From Phoronis australis (lineage: Eukaryota; Animalia; Phoronida): a stretch of 64,000 nt of DNA. Position numbers and translations under genes: made by a program. The notes under the pieces are model-generated. The model saw only the letters and a program-made list of their open reading frames with translations, had not been told where the DNA came from and searched no databases. The stretch covers positions 271,846 to 335,845 of the forward strand of contig NMRA01000010.1 of NCBI GenBank assembly GCA_002633005.1, given 5' to 3'. Shown here piece by piece: positions 38,230-51,404 of this stretch. Every line of letters begins with the position of its first letter. The first letter of the stretch is position 1.

Positions 38230-39352
38230 CTCATTAACCCACTTAAGCTCGTCTCTCGTCATCTGAATTCTACACACTTGGAAGTTTTGTTCAAATCCTT
38301 TATACTTCCACACATTGATTATTGTGATATTATATATCAGTCTGCCAACACGGGTGCACTCCAACATTTGGAGAAGTTACAATATCAAGCCGCCTTACTC
38401 ATAACCGGAGCTTACAGGGAATCCAATAGTGTTAAGGTTTTGAATAGTCTCAAGTGGCCCAAACTGTCTACTCGACGCAATCTTCACATGACCACATTTA
38501 CGTTCAAGGTAATAAACAATGTCAACAACGTGTCTGTCAAAAAAATATTTGATCTATATATTAGACAAGGCCATCGTAGTGATTTGAGATTCTCCACCCC
38601 ATATGCAATTCCTCCGTCGTTCAGTCAGGCATTCAGAAGGTCTACAGTCATGATGTGCATCAACAACTGGAATTCTCTTCCAGTCTCTGTTAAGGAAAGC
38701 AACTCTTTTACGAGTATAAAAAATAATTTTAGAACTGTTTTTCATAATTTTGATAACTCAACACCCTTGACTCAATTCTCCCTTACACGCGATAACGAAA
38801 TAGCATTGTACAGATCAAGATGTGGCCTTTTCCTCAACTCTGACAAGTTCAGGCACAACTTTATTAATGTCTCTCCAAACTGTAAATGTGGTGTCCATCA
38901 ATCGTATCCTCATATTTTCTTCAAATGTCCCCTCATCGAATACCAGAGAGACTCACTCTTTCGTGCACTCAATGAAAATCAATCAATTGTTAACGCTCTC
39001 AATTCTTGTAATAATATCCCTACTAGTGTTACATTATTGTTGAATGGTAGTCCTAACCTTGACCTCGTTCTCAACGAATTCCTCCTAAGCAACGTTAGTA
39101 AGTTTTTATGTACCGTTTATCAATATTGTTGCATCTGATTTCCCCACATGAATCTGTACATATTTTTGTTTTTATATATCTGTAATAGCCTATCTAAGTA
39201 TTGGAATACTTATTTTAGATACTACTTAATTGTATATACCTCTATGTATATTAGTTTCATTTATGGATTGTTTACAACCCAGATATAATGCTTCGCGGTT
39301 TCTGGGTTTGTTATTATTTCTTTGTATGTTCTGTGTATTATTCAATAAATAT
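38230..39352 (+). mobile_element. CR1/L2-group LINE, 5'-truncated ORF2 C-terminus plus 3' UTR
   Basis: 286-aa ORF with LFKSFILPHIDYCD, LEKLQYQAALLITGA, LKWPKLSTRR, WNSLP and CKCG...HIFFKCP; AATAAA at ~39344. Confidence 0.9.
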
Positions 39353-39354
39353 AT

Positions 39355-40760
39355 ATCACTTAGTACACTAATAAAACAAGGGTTAGTTCTCATTATTTGT
39401 TCATTTCACTATTTTTTTAATGTTTATTACGAAATTTTCAGAATACAATGAATATACATAACCCAGAAAGCGCCAAGAGGCACTGTCAAATAACGTTTGC
39501 ATAAAATTTGGAATTGCTATGGTTTTCTACTTAGTCACACTAGTTTTTTAGTGTATCAGTTGTGGTGTTTTTTAAAACCGCATTTTATTTACAAATTGTT
39601 TCTTTTCCGGATTATACTTGTACACACAGTTCTCCAAGAACTCACAAGGAGGTGCTTGCTACAGATTTAAATATTCACAGACATAGCATCTTTAATTTAT
39701 GTCAAAGTTAATCTCAGGACTCAAAAAACATGTTTTTTGGGTTACGAACACCAAATCTGACTGTGTGCTCATTGAACTGTCATTTCTGAATTTTTGCCTT
39801 CCGTCCACACTTAGCTCGAAGTTCGGTCTTAACAAATTTTTGGTCTTAAGTTTTGAGACAATTTCATGAAACGGTCCCCAGGTTACAGAGCTTCTGGTAC
39901 CCGTTCGTGTTGTTACCAGCGTCGGCTGCTCGTTGGGTTTCTTTATAAAACGTGCAACTACAAAACTTACTTGTGGGAAATCACATGATTCGGTACGGTG
40001 TTTAAGAAATCATTGCCCAACATTTTGCATTTCAATTTGAGCTCTTGACCGTCCACCTTCCTTGTGGGTATGAAACTGTACAACACACCAAGATGGCTGC
40101 CAGCTGTCTGTATTCAAAGTCACGCGGTATCGCAAGTCTACTTACATTTCTGGGTAGAATAAACCGCCGAATATAACTCTTGACAAAAATATTCATGCAC
40201 AGACAACCGTTTTTACGCATTGGATAATAGTTTCACTACTTTTATAATCATAGAGCCCTTTGCTGTGTTCCTAACGACTCAAACATAATTAAATTAGTTT
40301 CACTTTCGTGTGCCCCCCTACCACACTTTTAACAGTGGTGCCCCCTGTTGAGTCTGTATTAAGCTTTTCTTTCCCTTTATAATTTTGCGTTTGTTCTCAA
40401 ATTCTATTCTAAGGCGATTTCCCCATAATATCAAGAAGTCCTCTTCACAATGACTGCTTTTGTTTCTTCCCACTGATATTGACGTAACTATTTTCAAACT
40501 TCCTGGTCAACGAAGTTCCATAATAAATTCATGTCCTCCAGGTCAAGGTGAAGCAACGGGCTATTATAGACGTGGAAGATCGACCGGTGATCCGTATGAG
40601 TATGGGGCTCTCGGAAGTAACGGTAATTGGATAATATTCTACAGTTATACATCTAGCTATCGTCACGCAGATTTTTTCTTCGGTCCCACCGAATTCACAA
40701 TTCCGATTTCCGATAAAACGCCAAATGGAAAATTCGTTTTTTGCCAATCACAATAGAATA
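39355..40760 (+). repeat. Local duplication, copy 2 (with exon-like ORF ~40541-40756)
   Basis: Homologous to 35195-36985 but has a single copy of the 222-bp unit. Confidence 0.85.
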
Positions 40761-41122
40761 TTGTTAAACTCGACCTGTAGTTTTCAGATGGGTGGACAGT
40801 TTTGCCAGAATCCGACCTGCGCAAAAGCTGATTGACGTATCATTCTCTGTCTCAAAATAAACATTATCTCGTATTTTTGTTGTAGGCTTGGTTGTTCAAG
40901 GAAATGGTGCACTGTTGGGCATTCTGCTGTCGGCGTTTTTTGTGTTAACTGAACGATGAAAGAACTAAGTGGTGAACAAGTAATTACTAGCTGGCAATAT
41001 GAGAACTTTTTATGGACAAACATCGCCTTTGCCTACAATAAATAGTATGCAATTTAATAACTTTAGTTTGTTTCTAACGTGTGGCTCCGCTACAGACAAG
41101 ATCAAACAACCTGTTTATTTTT

Positions 41123-41822
41123 AAGTAAAATCAACTTACTCGTAGACCGTGGATTAGAAGTTCGAACGTTTCTACAGTTCTTTGTCAACGACTAGTAGGG
41201 GGGGGTCCTGGTTTCCTGTCCTTCTGTTAACCTGAAATAGTATAGCGTCATAGACCGGCGGGAGTTGTAAACCTTGGTCTCGGTTCATGGTAGACTTTTT
41301 GGTTTTTATGTATATTGACTCTTTGATCTTTCTACAAAACCAGTTTTCCTCTTTGGCCAGTATCTTGGCATATTTGCCACATACAGTGTGGCCGGAGCTT
41401 CCGAGATGTTCTCCCACACAAGTGGGCTTGTCCAGTTTGTTATGTTCCTTGATTCTGGTGCCCAAGGATCGCTTGGTCTCGCCAATGTAAGTGTGAGACG
41501 GGTCTTCCGTTCATGACAGTTGATATATAACACAGCATTGGCAATCAACTGAGGTGGGATCTTTGGGTGGGACTAGCTGGTTTCTCAGGGTTGTCATGGG
41601 CTTCATATACTGTAGGTGCTGATGTCGTAAGATCTGTATACTCGGCGTAGATGTTCTGAGAGCCCCTTCAACAGAATGACCTGAAACCGCCCCCCTACTA
41701 GTTGTTGACAAAGAATTGTAAAACACAGTTCGAAACGTTCGAACTTCTAATCCACGGTCTACGAATAAGTTGATTTTACTTACAAACACACCTTCACCGA
41801 GGCCATGAAAAACCTTTTTTCA
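41123..41822 (-). mobile_element. Penelope-like element, 5'-truncated, with inverted pseudo-LTR
   Basis: Frameshifted KPMTTLRNQLV.PKD...VIYQLSC...YIGETKRSLGTRIKEH...RKIKESIYIK...MNRDQG GIY-YIG; 41123-41220 is the reverse complement of 41688-41782. Confidence 0.9.
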
Positions 41823-42619
41823 ATCAATCTGTTTATTGTGGGCTCCTCACTCCTCAGACTTTTGTCTTCAAAAATTGCGATTTGGCACCAGTCTTACGAC
41901 ATTTTGAATCTAACATTGTCTAAAACCATGATGTGATGATTTTTTTACTAAAATTCACACCTTTCCATCTAGCATCATGCACTAAAGTAATTTGACAACG
42001 GATCAAGTAAACTTTGTAAAGCTGAGCGAACATATGGTTGCTCTACAAGAGGTATTCTACTCCACTCGCTGCATGACTAGAAATTGCTGAATGTCATCAC
42101 TGACAGTAAGTTCCTGTCTAAGGTTGCACGGTACTCCAATCTATAGAAAGCATAGATGGCCCCAACTGTGACTTTCTTCACTCCTTGTCACTCTCCAGTG
42201 CCGCCACATTAGCCACATATCCACAATTTTCTGATCCTAGCCAGCAGTTGATGCTGTCCAGCGTCTCCCGGTGGCTACTGTGTTCTTCTACGTTCATACT
42301 TATGTAGCGATGTCATGTACCAGATGTACCTCGGTTTCTTACAACCGACTGTTTCATTAAAATTGTCGAAAAAAGGGAAGTTGTGTGGAGCGCACGTTGC
42401 TACCCGTTTCGTTACATATTTGTATTACTATACACCTATGTGTTGGACGCTGCATTGAATTGGGAGCCTGCACCTATATGCAAACCATTTAAACTCCTAG
42501 ATGCGGGTCATGAAACATGGAGGAGGAAGCGTTGGAACTGATCGCCACTTAGCACTTTCACCTAGCTGTTGATTCCTTTGTGTTACTGTAAGCGCTGACC
42601 AGCTTAACCACAGTTAAGT

Positions 42620-43690
42620 GCACCAACAAAAGAGGCCTGCTTGACAAGTTTAATCGAGAATGTAATACCTATAATACCTTTAATACTTGTCACGGACAGG
42701 ATCATTGGGGATATGCTGGTGCATTAATCCCCTCCCCGGCCAGACCATCCCCGTGACAGCAGAAGGCGCAGAACTCCAGGGCTGACGTTGCCTGTAAGCA
42801 TTTGATTAGACAGCACTCGGGCACGGCTCTTCGTGTGACTCTTCGCAGCATGGCCATAAATAATACCGGCTTCGAGCAGGCGGCTGCCATCATTGAACTC
42901 AGCCAGTTGGGATGCAGTCTGCTCGAGGTTGCGTTTGCGGGCCAGCAGCTTAAATTCAGCCGAATATAAGTAGAGGGGTTGGTTGGTGGTACATGAGCCA
43001 GCGAGGTAATCTGCACGCTCATTAATCTAGACACCGGCGTGGCCAGGTACGAAAGACCAGATCACTACATGATGAGGGTGACGTAATCGGAAGACAACCC
43101 AGTTGGCTGGGAGGTTTCCAGATTGAACTTTCATCAACACTGCCATGGAATCGGTGGCAAAGATAATGGTGTGATTCTCCAGGTCTAGGAGTGACAGCTT
43201 GGTTAGGGCACGTTGTATAGCCTCAAACTCCATCCGTGCACTGCTTGTGTATACATGGTGGCAGCCACTACCTTCCGCAATGACGTTGTTAGCACAGCGT
43301 ATTTGATAACCCCATCCCGCACGATTAGTTTCACCATCGAAGGATCCATCATTTGCTACAATGATGGCATTAATACCGCCAAGATCACGCCATTGCTGAC
43401 GGCACAATGCTTGGGCTACTCCAGGAGGCCATTCCCGAGCTTCCCTGTTAAAAGCAATGATGACATTCGGTTCCTCACCAAGTTCTTGTACTGGCAGCCA
43501 AGCAGCATCTTGCGCGATCGTGTGTTCGCCGATGAGACCCATGGTTGCGTTAACAGCAGCGACAGTCCACGAGCACCTGCTAAGTCTTTGGTGGGAGGCA
43601 TTGCGAAAAGGTCTAGGACGAAGTCCATAAGTTTCTGTTGCAGGGACGGGGTTCACGCACCTGTCAAGTGCAGTCTTCACTTGACTGTGT
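42620..43690 (-). mobile_element. RNase H-bearing LINE (I/Ingi/Nimb group) 3' fragment
   Basis: RNase H motifs NDGS, AGWG, SSARMEFEAI, ATDS, VPGHAGV*INERAD with an in-frame stop. Confidence 0.85.
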
Positions 43691-43898
43691 AATCGAGAAT
43701 GATTCTAGATTATATCGTAATAGTGGAAATTTCTTGATTAATCAGATTTTTACCTTATAAGTGTGCATTGTTTCTGAGTGAGACTTAAAGTTCTCGAGTC
43801 ATTCAAGATTTACTTGTGACTCAAAACCCGAGAATGCTACTTTGATAGGCTTCCAGTCTTCGTCTCACCTAACGTTTGGTATATTACGTTTGACTGAC

Positions 43899-46230
43899 TT
43901 GACCGGGATCCCATTGGTTTTTTGGTCATGAAAAGGTAACCAATTTTCCTTGATACCACGGCAATCCATTGGTATCTCAACGGGTAGGAAATGCGGCCAT
44001 CTGACAGCTTTTCTTTAGTGGGTGTTGTCAGGGGGCACATAAGAATGGCACTCAAAAATTGAGCTATATCAACTTTTCTGGTGACCCGAAAATACCTGCG
44101 AAATCTACTACTAAAATCCCTGTATCAAACGTATCCATTGCCAGACAATTTCTGTGCTGGGGAACATCAGCCAGACGGTTATAACTAAGGCCAAAAATTG
44201 AGGTAAATCAACCCAAGAGGTAACCGCATGAAGCTGTTTATTCAACATATAGACCAATGTATCATGAATGAACGCTGCCAGACAAGTTCAGAGGTGGATA
44301 ACCTAGCCTTATACTCCCAAAACTCCGTATTGAGCTTGCCCAACCCGTCAGGTTACCGGTTGAAACCAACTATCACTTCAGGGAGCGCAGCAGTGATACG
44401 CCAGACAGTTTTGGTGGCGGAATGGCCCAGCCTGCCAGATAAAAATAATGGAGTCCCAAAATTGAGTTAGATTAACCCAAGCGGAAAATATCCCCATGTA
44501 TCATGAATGAACATTGCCAGAAAAATCCAGTTGTGAGTTAACGCCGCCTGACACGCCGAGACATCAGAGTTGAGCTATGATCAAACCATCAGGTAACCGC
44601 TTGAAACCAAGGTCAATGTGTTCAACATCAGCCCATTGTTACATGCCAGACAATTTCAGTGGTCGAATGTTTCTGCCGAACAAACTAATCTCGAAACAAC
44701 GTTTGCCATAAGGCGCGCGTAGCCTACAATTTATGAATACAGCACGACACACAAAATGGTGTACGTTCTGTCAGCTATGCACTTTTTAAGGTGTCTGAGA
44801 CAGATGTGAAACCAAGGGCTTTGATTGACCTAGTCCAGTGATAAGGTCAAAATCAGCCACTGTTACTGTGAAAATTAGAGAGTCCTTGAACGATGATGGA
44901 CTGAGAACAGGTTTTCTTTTGACAACTACCGGTAATCAGACCGGCAAAATAATCGTTCTTGTACATGACGTCTGCATGATTTTAAACTGGTGGTTTACCG
45001 ACAACAATTATATGAACGCGGACACATTGATTAGGCACTGGACATTTTACAGATAAATCCAAATTCGCACGCGTCTTAATTGCTACATGTACATTGTTCA
45101 TGAAAAATTGTATTCATTGGATGATTTAGGTTTACCAGGGATCCGCCCCCGTCGATACACGGCGACCAAAAAAGTCCAGATATGCCGTTTTGGCTACCGG
45201 AAACGTTTGTTTGTCTTTCGGAAATCGTTGTACCCCTTCCCTATGCACATACTTAGAAGAATCAAACATCTACAAATTGTGATATGTGACTTGTAACTCA
45301 TTATTTTGATCGGCAATTTACATATTTCTCACAAATTGTTGTCATAAAGAACTAACAAGAATGCGTCAAGACCAATGGTAGCTACGTCTATCATCACTTC
45401 CCTGGCAACGATGGGCGTGTTTCTTATCCTGGCTCTCCCAAATTATGCTCCTGATATAGTGGACTGTTTCACCAGAAGTTGGCATTCGCAGACCTTAATC
45501 TGCATTTAGAGTTGGAAAACGACGCGTTCTCGCTATATATACGCGTTGATGGTCTCCATCATTGGCTGTCACTAAGTTTAGAAAATATGCAGGACATGAA
45601 GTGTGCGAGAACGCAAGGCAGTCGAGGATGAAAAGGACAACGAACAAATGGCATCACTGAGCGTGAAGTCGACGATTCTGCTATCCTATGGCAGACAATG
45701 CTCCGTCTGTTCTGGTAATTATTGCTGAGCATCCGAAGCAACGGTGGTGCCAATACATTTTTGCGACAAGTAAACGTTGTCCAAAAATTGCCGCTAACAG
45801 CGGGAAGCAAAAAGCTAAGACATCGGTTGTACAAAGAACCAAAACAAACGCATGTAGTGGCACAGATCCTAAGATATTTGATAGTACGCACAATCGCATT
45901 GTCGCAGAAAGGATAGATTTTGATCTTAGGAAACTTCTCTCACGAGATCGACACAGACGGAGCACATATTAAAGTTAAAGGGCAAAAATCAGGTACGGAT
46001 GTTTCGGTAATCTTCATTGGGATACTTGGGTAACGATGGCTGTAAACACTATCCTTGAACTACATTATCACAGAATGTGTAAAATGGTGAAAATCAGGAG
46101 ATTCATAAACACGTCTAATACTGTAAAAGTTCTTGATAAGCACAGAAACGAAGTTGTCTGAGCCATAGCCGGACACCACACCTTCACTGGGTGTGACTAC
46201 CGCTCTTTATTAAAGGCCGATATGAATAGG
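43899..46230 (+). mobile_element. Academ transposon, third copy (related to 19079-23765), right end missing
   Basis: Left end TTGACCGGGATCCCA...CATGAAAAGGTAAC matches the 19079 TIR; CCAGACAA repeats; 45365-45530 resembles 20625-20800; XPG-like H-x-F-T-G-C-D-Y at ~46175-46200. Confidence 0.7.
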
Positions 46231-47655
46231 TGACCGTGTTGTAATCAAAGTGGTAACTTCAGTTGATGCAATGGTTCCGTTTGCCATACAAATGGTGTCT
46301 AAATACACCCTTATGATTTTCGCAATTAAAAATCCTATAATGCAACCATTGGCAATAAAATACGAAAAGCATATTTGTCTAGCGCTCGATAAAATCCATC
46401 CACATACCAAATTTCCGAGAGCGGATCCATCAAGGACTAAACGCAGAGGAAATGGTACAAGAAATCAACCAATGAAAGAGAAATCATCGAAAAATCTCGA
46501 AGAATTCGACAACGTCAGCCGCTTTGAAAAACAACAACATACGCCGGATAGCTCATGGCGAGATTGGGTTAGAAGTTTATGCTAGAGTTGTGCGAAGCAA
46601 AAATTAAAAAATTGACAATCGCAGCGTCACTTTTAGCCCGATTTTGCCTCCAAAAATAGACCTCGAGCTATACTAGAACAGCACGTGTGCTGTTTAGGAA
46701 TTTCATGTCAGTTGGACTTGAAGCACATCATGATTGGCCGAGAAAGTGCAACGAAGAACTAGTTAATAAAATAACAGTCACTAAAATGGACAGTAGTTCT
46801 GTAACATCTGGATAACGGTAAGATAGAGTAAAAAACGAATGAATACCGCAGATAACTCGTCTCGATAGCCTTTGAAGAAGTCTATCTATATACAGACTGC
46901 CTGAAGAATCCTTAAAATGACCGTAGAACTAAAGCTCCGCAAAGCGGAAATTTAAGAAATGTCCGCCTCGGTGCCATATAATGTCCGACTTCGCCCAAAA
47001 ACAATAAACCTCGAGTTTTAGAGAGATGCGTGTTGTGAGTAAATTTCATGTTTATTGGGCAAAAAAGAGACCTACAGCATGCGTACAAATAAAGAAAGAA
47101 TGGAGCGACACAGGGTGAAATCGAATGAAAAAATATAGAAGTGAGGTGTTCGACGAAACCAAGAACAACAAAGACCACGAATTCGACACTCACAGCGCCA
47201 ACGTCGTGAATTGTCAGCTTAGTCAACCACGGTTCACGGCAGACTGGGAATAACCAAGTAATCCAATGGGCTGCATTGTTCAACAATGTCAAACTGTCTG
47301 ACTATGTCTGTCAGCCGTCATGGCTAATAACCGTGTCAAACACTTTTTTCGATTTTAGTTGAAGAGCAGACTTACGGAAAGAGTTCGATAAAATTGGAGG
47401 CAATGCAGGAGGGAATAGAATGGAGCACGAAAAGAGTGCCGGAAGGTGTGCGTCGTTGCGCGCGTCTCACTGCCGTTACGTCTAGTAAGTCCGACATATG
47501 TCGTCACGGCTTTTGTTTGACGGTTTCTAACAATTGACGATATTATCCAAACTATAAGCTGGTTTTATTTTGTTTTGTTTTGTTTCTTGTAAAGGTTTCT
47601 GTTATCAGTCGCATACCTAAATCTTCAAAACTGAACAGTCCCTAAATCATTTACT

Positions 47656-48122
47656 TTAACAAGCACAGGCTGATTGATTCCTTGAGCCATCCTTCTCCAC
47701 TGCCTCAGATTTCTCTGCCTTTATTACGAAATCGGGCTTCGCCTCTGCACTATCGCTCGATGCCTCGCCGCTTTCGTCGCTGGTTACACATTTCTCGCCG
47801 TCACGGTTCCCGCCAAAACGTGGTCGATTCTTTGCCTGTTCTTCGTCGCTGCTTGCACCGGCCTCATTCACCATCACGCTTCTCCTGATAACAATGTCCT
47901 CGTCAGATCTTGTACTTGGATTGTAAAACAGATGACCTCGGAGCTCTTTAACTGGGTATTTTTGCGGGTTTTGGACAAATTTAATTGCCGGGCATCTCCC
48001 AATCTTATTCGCGACATAGTCGACTCTGTAAGACGTGTCCTTGTAAAATTCGTCGCCGTAAGCCCACTCTGTACCATTCTTAAACGGCGGCTTGACCGGT
48101 GTTACAGGGGGGACATATATGC
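47656..48122 (-). CDS. SAXO2: SAXO-like terminal exon 11 (GIYVPPVTPVKPP...NQSACAC*)
   Basis: tttccag| acceptor; last Mn module (DTSYRVDY), then CPA...GHLFY and an acidic tail; TAA stop. Confidence 0.9.
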
Positions 48123-51100
48123 CTGGAAAACACGATATGCCGTACTTTAAGATGTGAACAGTACAAACTGTCATGTTGAAAATTTACGAAGGCTGCAGCA
48201 TGTTTTTTGATTCGTCTAATAAATGTAATCCCAAATTACAACCACGTTCCCTCATAGGCATTTTGAATGATTAAGAAGTCGATTTCAGAGACCTTCCTTA
48301 ATTTAAAATTGAGAGCAGTTAGAAATTTAAATGTGTGCAACCGTCAACTCACCCTTATACACGGCGGCGTTTGTAGATTCGGGTATATCGCCCTCTGTCG
48401 GCCGGTATGATCTGTCAGGTCGACAAAGCTTGGGAATGGACACAACTTTTCGGGGATACTCGTCGCTGTGTTGAAAATTAACAATATGAGGATTTGTATC
48501 CGAAATGCTACAGTATATTACAGTAAAAAAGCATGGAAAGTATGACACAGGAAACTGGAAGAAAAATAAGAAAGTTGATACTGCCGTTACTAAACGTTTA
48601 GTATCGCCCATGGAGGAAAAGAAAGCATACTGCTATGTGAATACTGAAGTAACATCAGTGGTAGTCAATCCTTTTTGATAAAGCAATTAATGCAATGGTT
48701 AATTAGAGCCCAAAGTCATCAAGTCACAGCCTGAGTCTCAATTAGTTTAGTACTCTAGTTGTGGCGCGATCGGGCGTTGCTGACAACGATTCGTCTGAGT
48801 TCTGTCATTATTCGTTAGAAGAGGAAACATAATCTCGGTTTGACTTTCTATTTAAAGTATTACAAAAGTTATATTGTTAGAGTAGTCTGTTTACATATAT
48901 GTACATGCAGGCCTGCTATATAATGTTTCTAGTGTTTCGTTGTTTTATTCATCTCTTGTAACGATTACGGCGAATGCGAATTCGAGCTCCGTGTATCGTA
49001 GGTGAAGTAGGACGCGAGCCGATTTATTACTGTGATAATTTGGGGTTTATTGTAGTAATAAATCTTTAGCCAATCAGAAGCCAGGAATAATTACAGTTAT
49101 AAATATTCATTACTGTAATTAATATTTATTCCAGTACTAAATGTTTATTACTGGAATAAATCTACCAATCGGATGCCAGGAATAATAACTGTAATAAATA
49201 TTTATTACTGTATTTGGTATTTTTTCCAGTAATAAATATTTATTATAGTTATTATTCCTTACTTCTGATTGGCTAAAGGACTATTACTGGAATAAATCGC
49301 GGAATTATTACAGTAATAAATTGGACTTATGTCGTACTTGGCCTATAAGTAGGCTAAGTGCGACATATTGCAATATATTCATTTCAGTAATTATTTGTGG
49401 CATCCGATTGGTTGATTTATTCCAATAATAAATATCTATTACCGAAATAAGTATTAATTACAGTAATAAATATCTATTACAGTAATTATTCCTGGCTTCT
49501 GATTGTCTAAAGAATTATTACTGGCCTAAATCGTGAATTATTATAATAATATATCGGTCTTACGTCGCACTTGGTCTACAATAACTGGATTACACGGAAA
49601 AAGTTGCATCCTACAATACGCTGCAACATCTGTCAAGCAGCCTCGTCTTCGTGCCATTGGCAAAGCTGTAGGCGCGCTGCTTTGCTTTTTCAAGTTTTAC
49701 ACGATTGCATCAACTGTATCCCAGATTCTAATACCATCAATTTTTTTCTGCAACGCAGTGTACTGCAACTCCGACCACAGAAAGTTAGATAAACTAGAGG
49801 AGTGTCCGTGGACGGGATATCTTCCAACGAGATCCCTAGAATCATCCTGACATTTTTAAAACGAGACCAATGTAACAATGCGTTTTCTCACCTCCGGGAC
49901 AAATGGAGATTTCAACCCGTGACATCCCTATTAGAAATTGGTTTGCGCAAATAGCTTACTGGAGTCATTGCTGAACGCTTGAAAGAATTGACACGTATTT
50001 CGTCGCTTATTCGAACCATAATTTGGAGCAAAGCAGTGCCAACATTTTCGATAATAGCAACGAATAATGAAAAATGACAAGCTATTTTTTTTTCAGAACA
50101 ATGTCAGCTCACTATAAAACAATTTGAAAGTTTCGACGTGAAACGTGAGTAAACAGTACAGGGTACTTACAAGTAGGTAGTCTTATCCAACATTTTGCCC
50201 CTGACTATGCCATAGGGGCATTCGTTAACCTTGGGCAGTATAAGGGCATTCCTGGCTTCAGGATGGCGAATATAGTCCTCCTGAAGAAGATTATTAAACT
50301 CGGATACATATCAATATGTAAAATGATATATGAAAGTGTCTGCCACAACAACATTTTGCCTATTGCCCAAAAAAAATTCAAAAAGAAGGTTATAACTTTC
50401 GAAGTGATGACTGGAAAAAATTATATTCAATGTCTTTTAAAACTACTTATGATTTCAAGTTATGTACACTGCAGTTTAAACTATTACATAGAATACTTGT
50501 AACCAACTCTTTTCTTAGAAAAATTAACCTGGTGGACTCTGATGTATGTACTTTCTGTCATTCACAAAGTGAAACAGTGGATCACATCTTTTTCGAATGC
50601 AATAATATAAAAACATTGATAGGAGAATTATGCATTTGGGTGTTGTTGGTAAAAGGTATAAATATGGTTATTGACAAAAAAACAATGTTTTTTGGGATGC
50701 CCATAAGTAATGAAAATAAAGTTTTAAATTGGATACTTTTGCAATTAAAACATTTTATTTACCTATCCAGGTGTAAAAAAATAATCCCCAGTTTCTGTCA
50801 GTTCCTTAAGATATTAGAAAGAGAATTTTATATTCAAAGAAGGATTTTATTAAATAATGGTAATTTAGATGAATACCATGCAACCTGGAGAAACTGGTTA
50901 ACCATAACTTTTGCCTGACAACATCCTACTAAGAGTAAGTTGGGGGGCGGGTGCGTGTGGCGTGTATGTTAAGGGTGAGAATGGCTTGATTTTTTTCTTA
51001 CATATCTGTATTTCTGTTTTGTATACCAAATTGTGATACTTGACGATAATTTGTTGCAACTAATGTACTTGTATACTGTATTGTTTATTGTGTCGTGTAA

Positions 51101-51278
51101 ATTGTAAATACCCATGCTAGAAAAATAAAAATACTTAACTGGAAAAAAAAACTCGGATACATATGTCTATTTGACAGTTTGCGAAAACTATGCGTTTGTT
51201 TGCATTTCTGTCAATGTCATCTCAGCTACATTGTACTACTGTTTGATGTTAGTGGAGGATGGAAGCGCTGGTGGTGGC

Positions 51279-51310
<32 letters not shown>

Positions 51311-51318
51311 TGCTTCTA

Positions 51319-51349
<31 letters not shown>

Positions 51350-51371
51350 TTCCGCTGCTGCTGCTGCTGCC

Positions 51372-51404
<33 letters not shown>

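Noticed and set aside
38278-39138. Longest ORF (286 aa) as a host gene
   Set aside because: Carries LINE ORF2 C-terminal motifs, has no ATG start, and ends in a LINE-type tail
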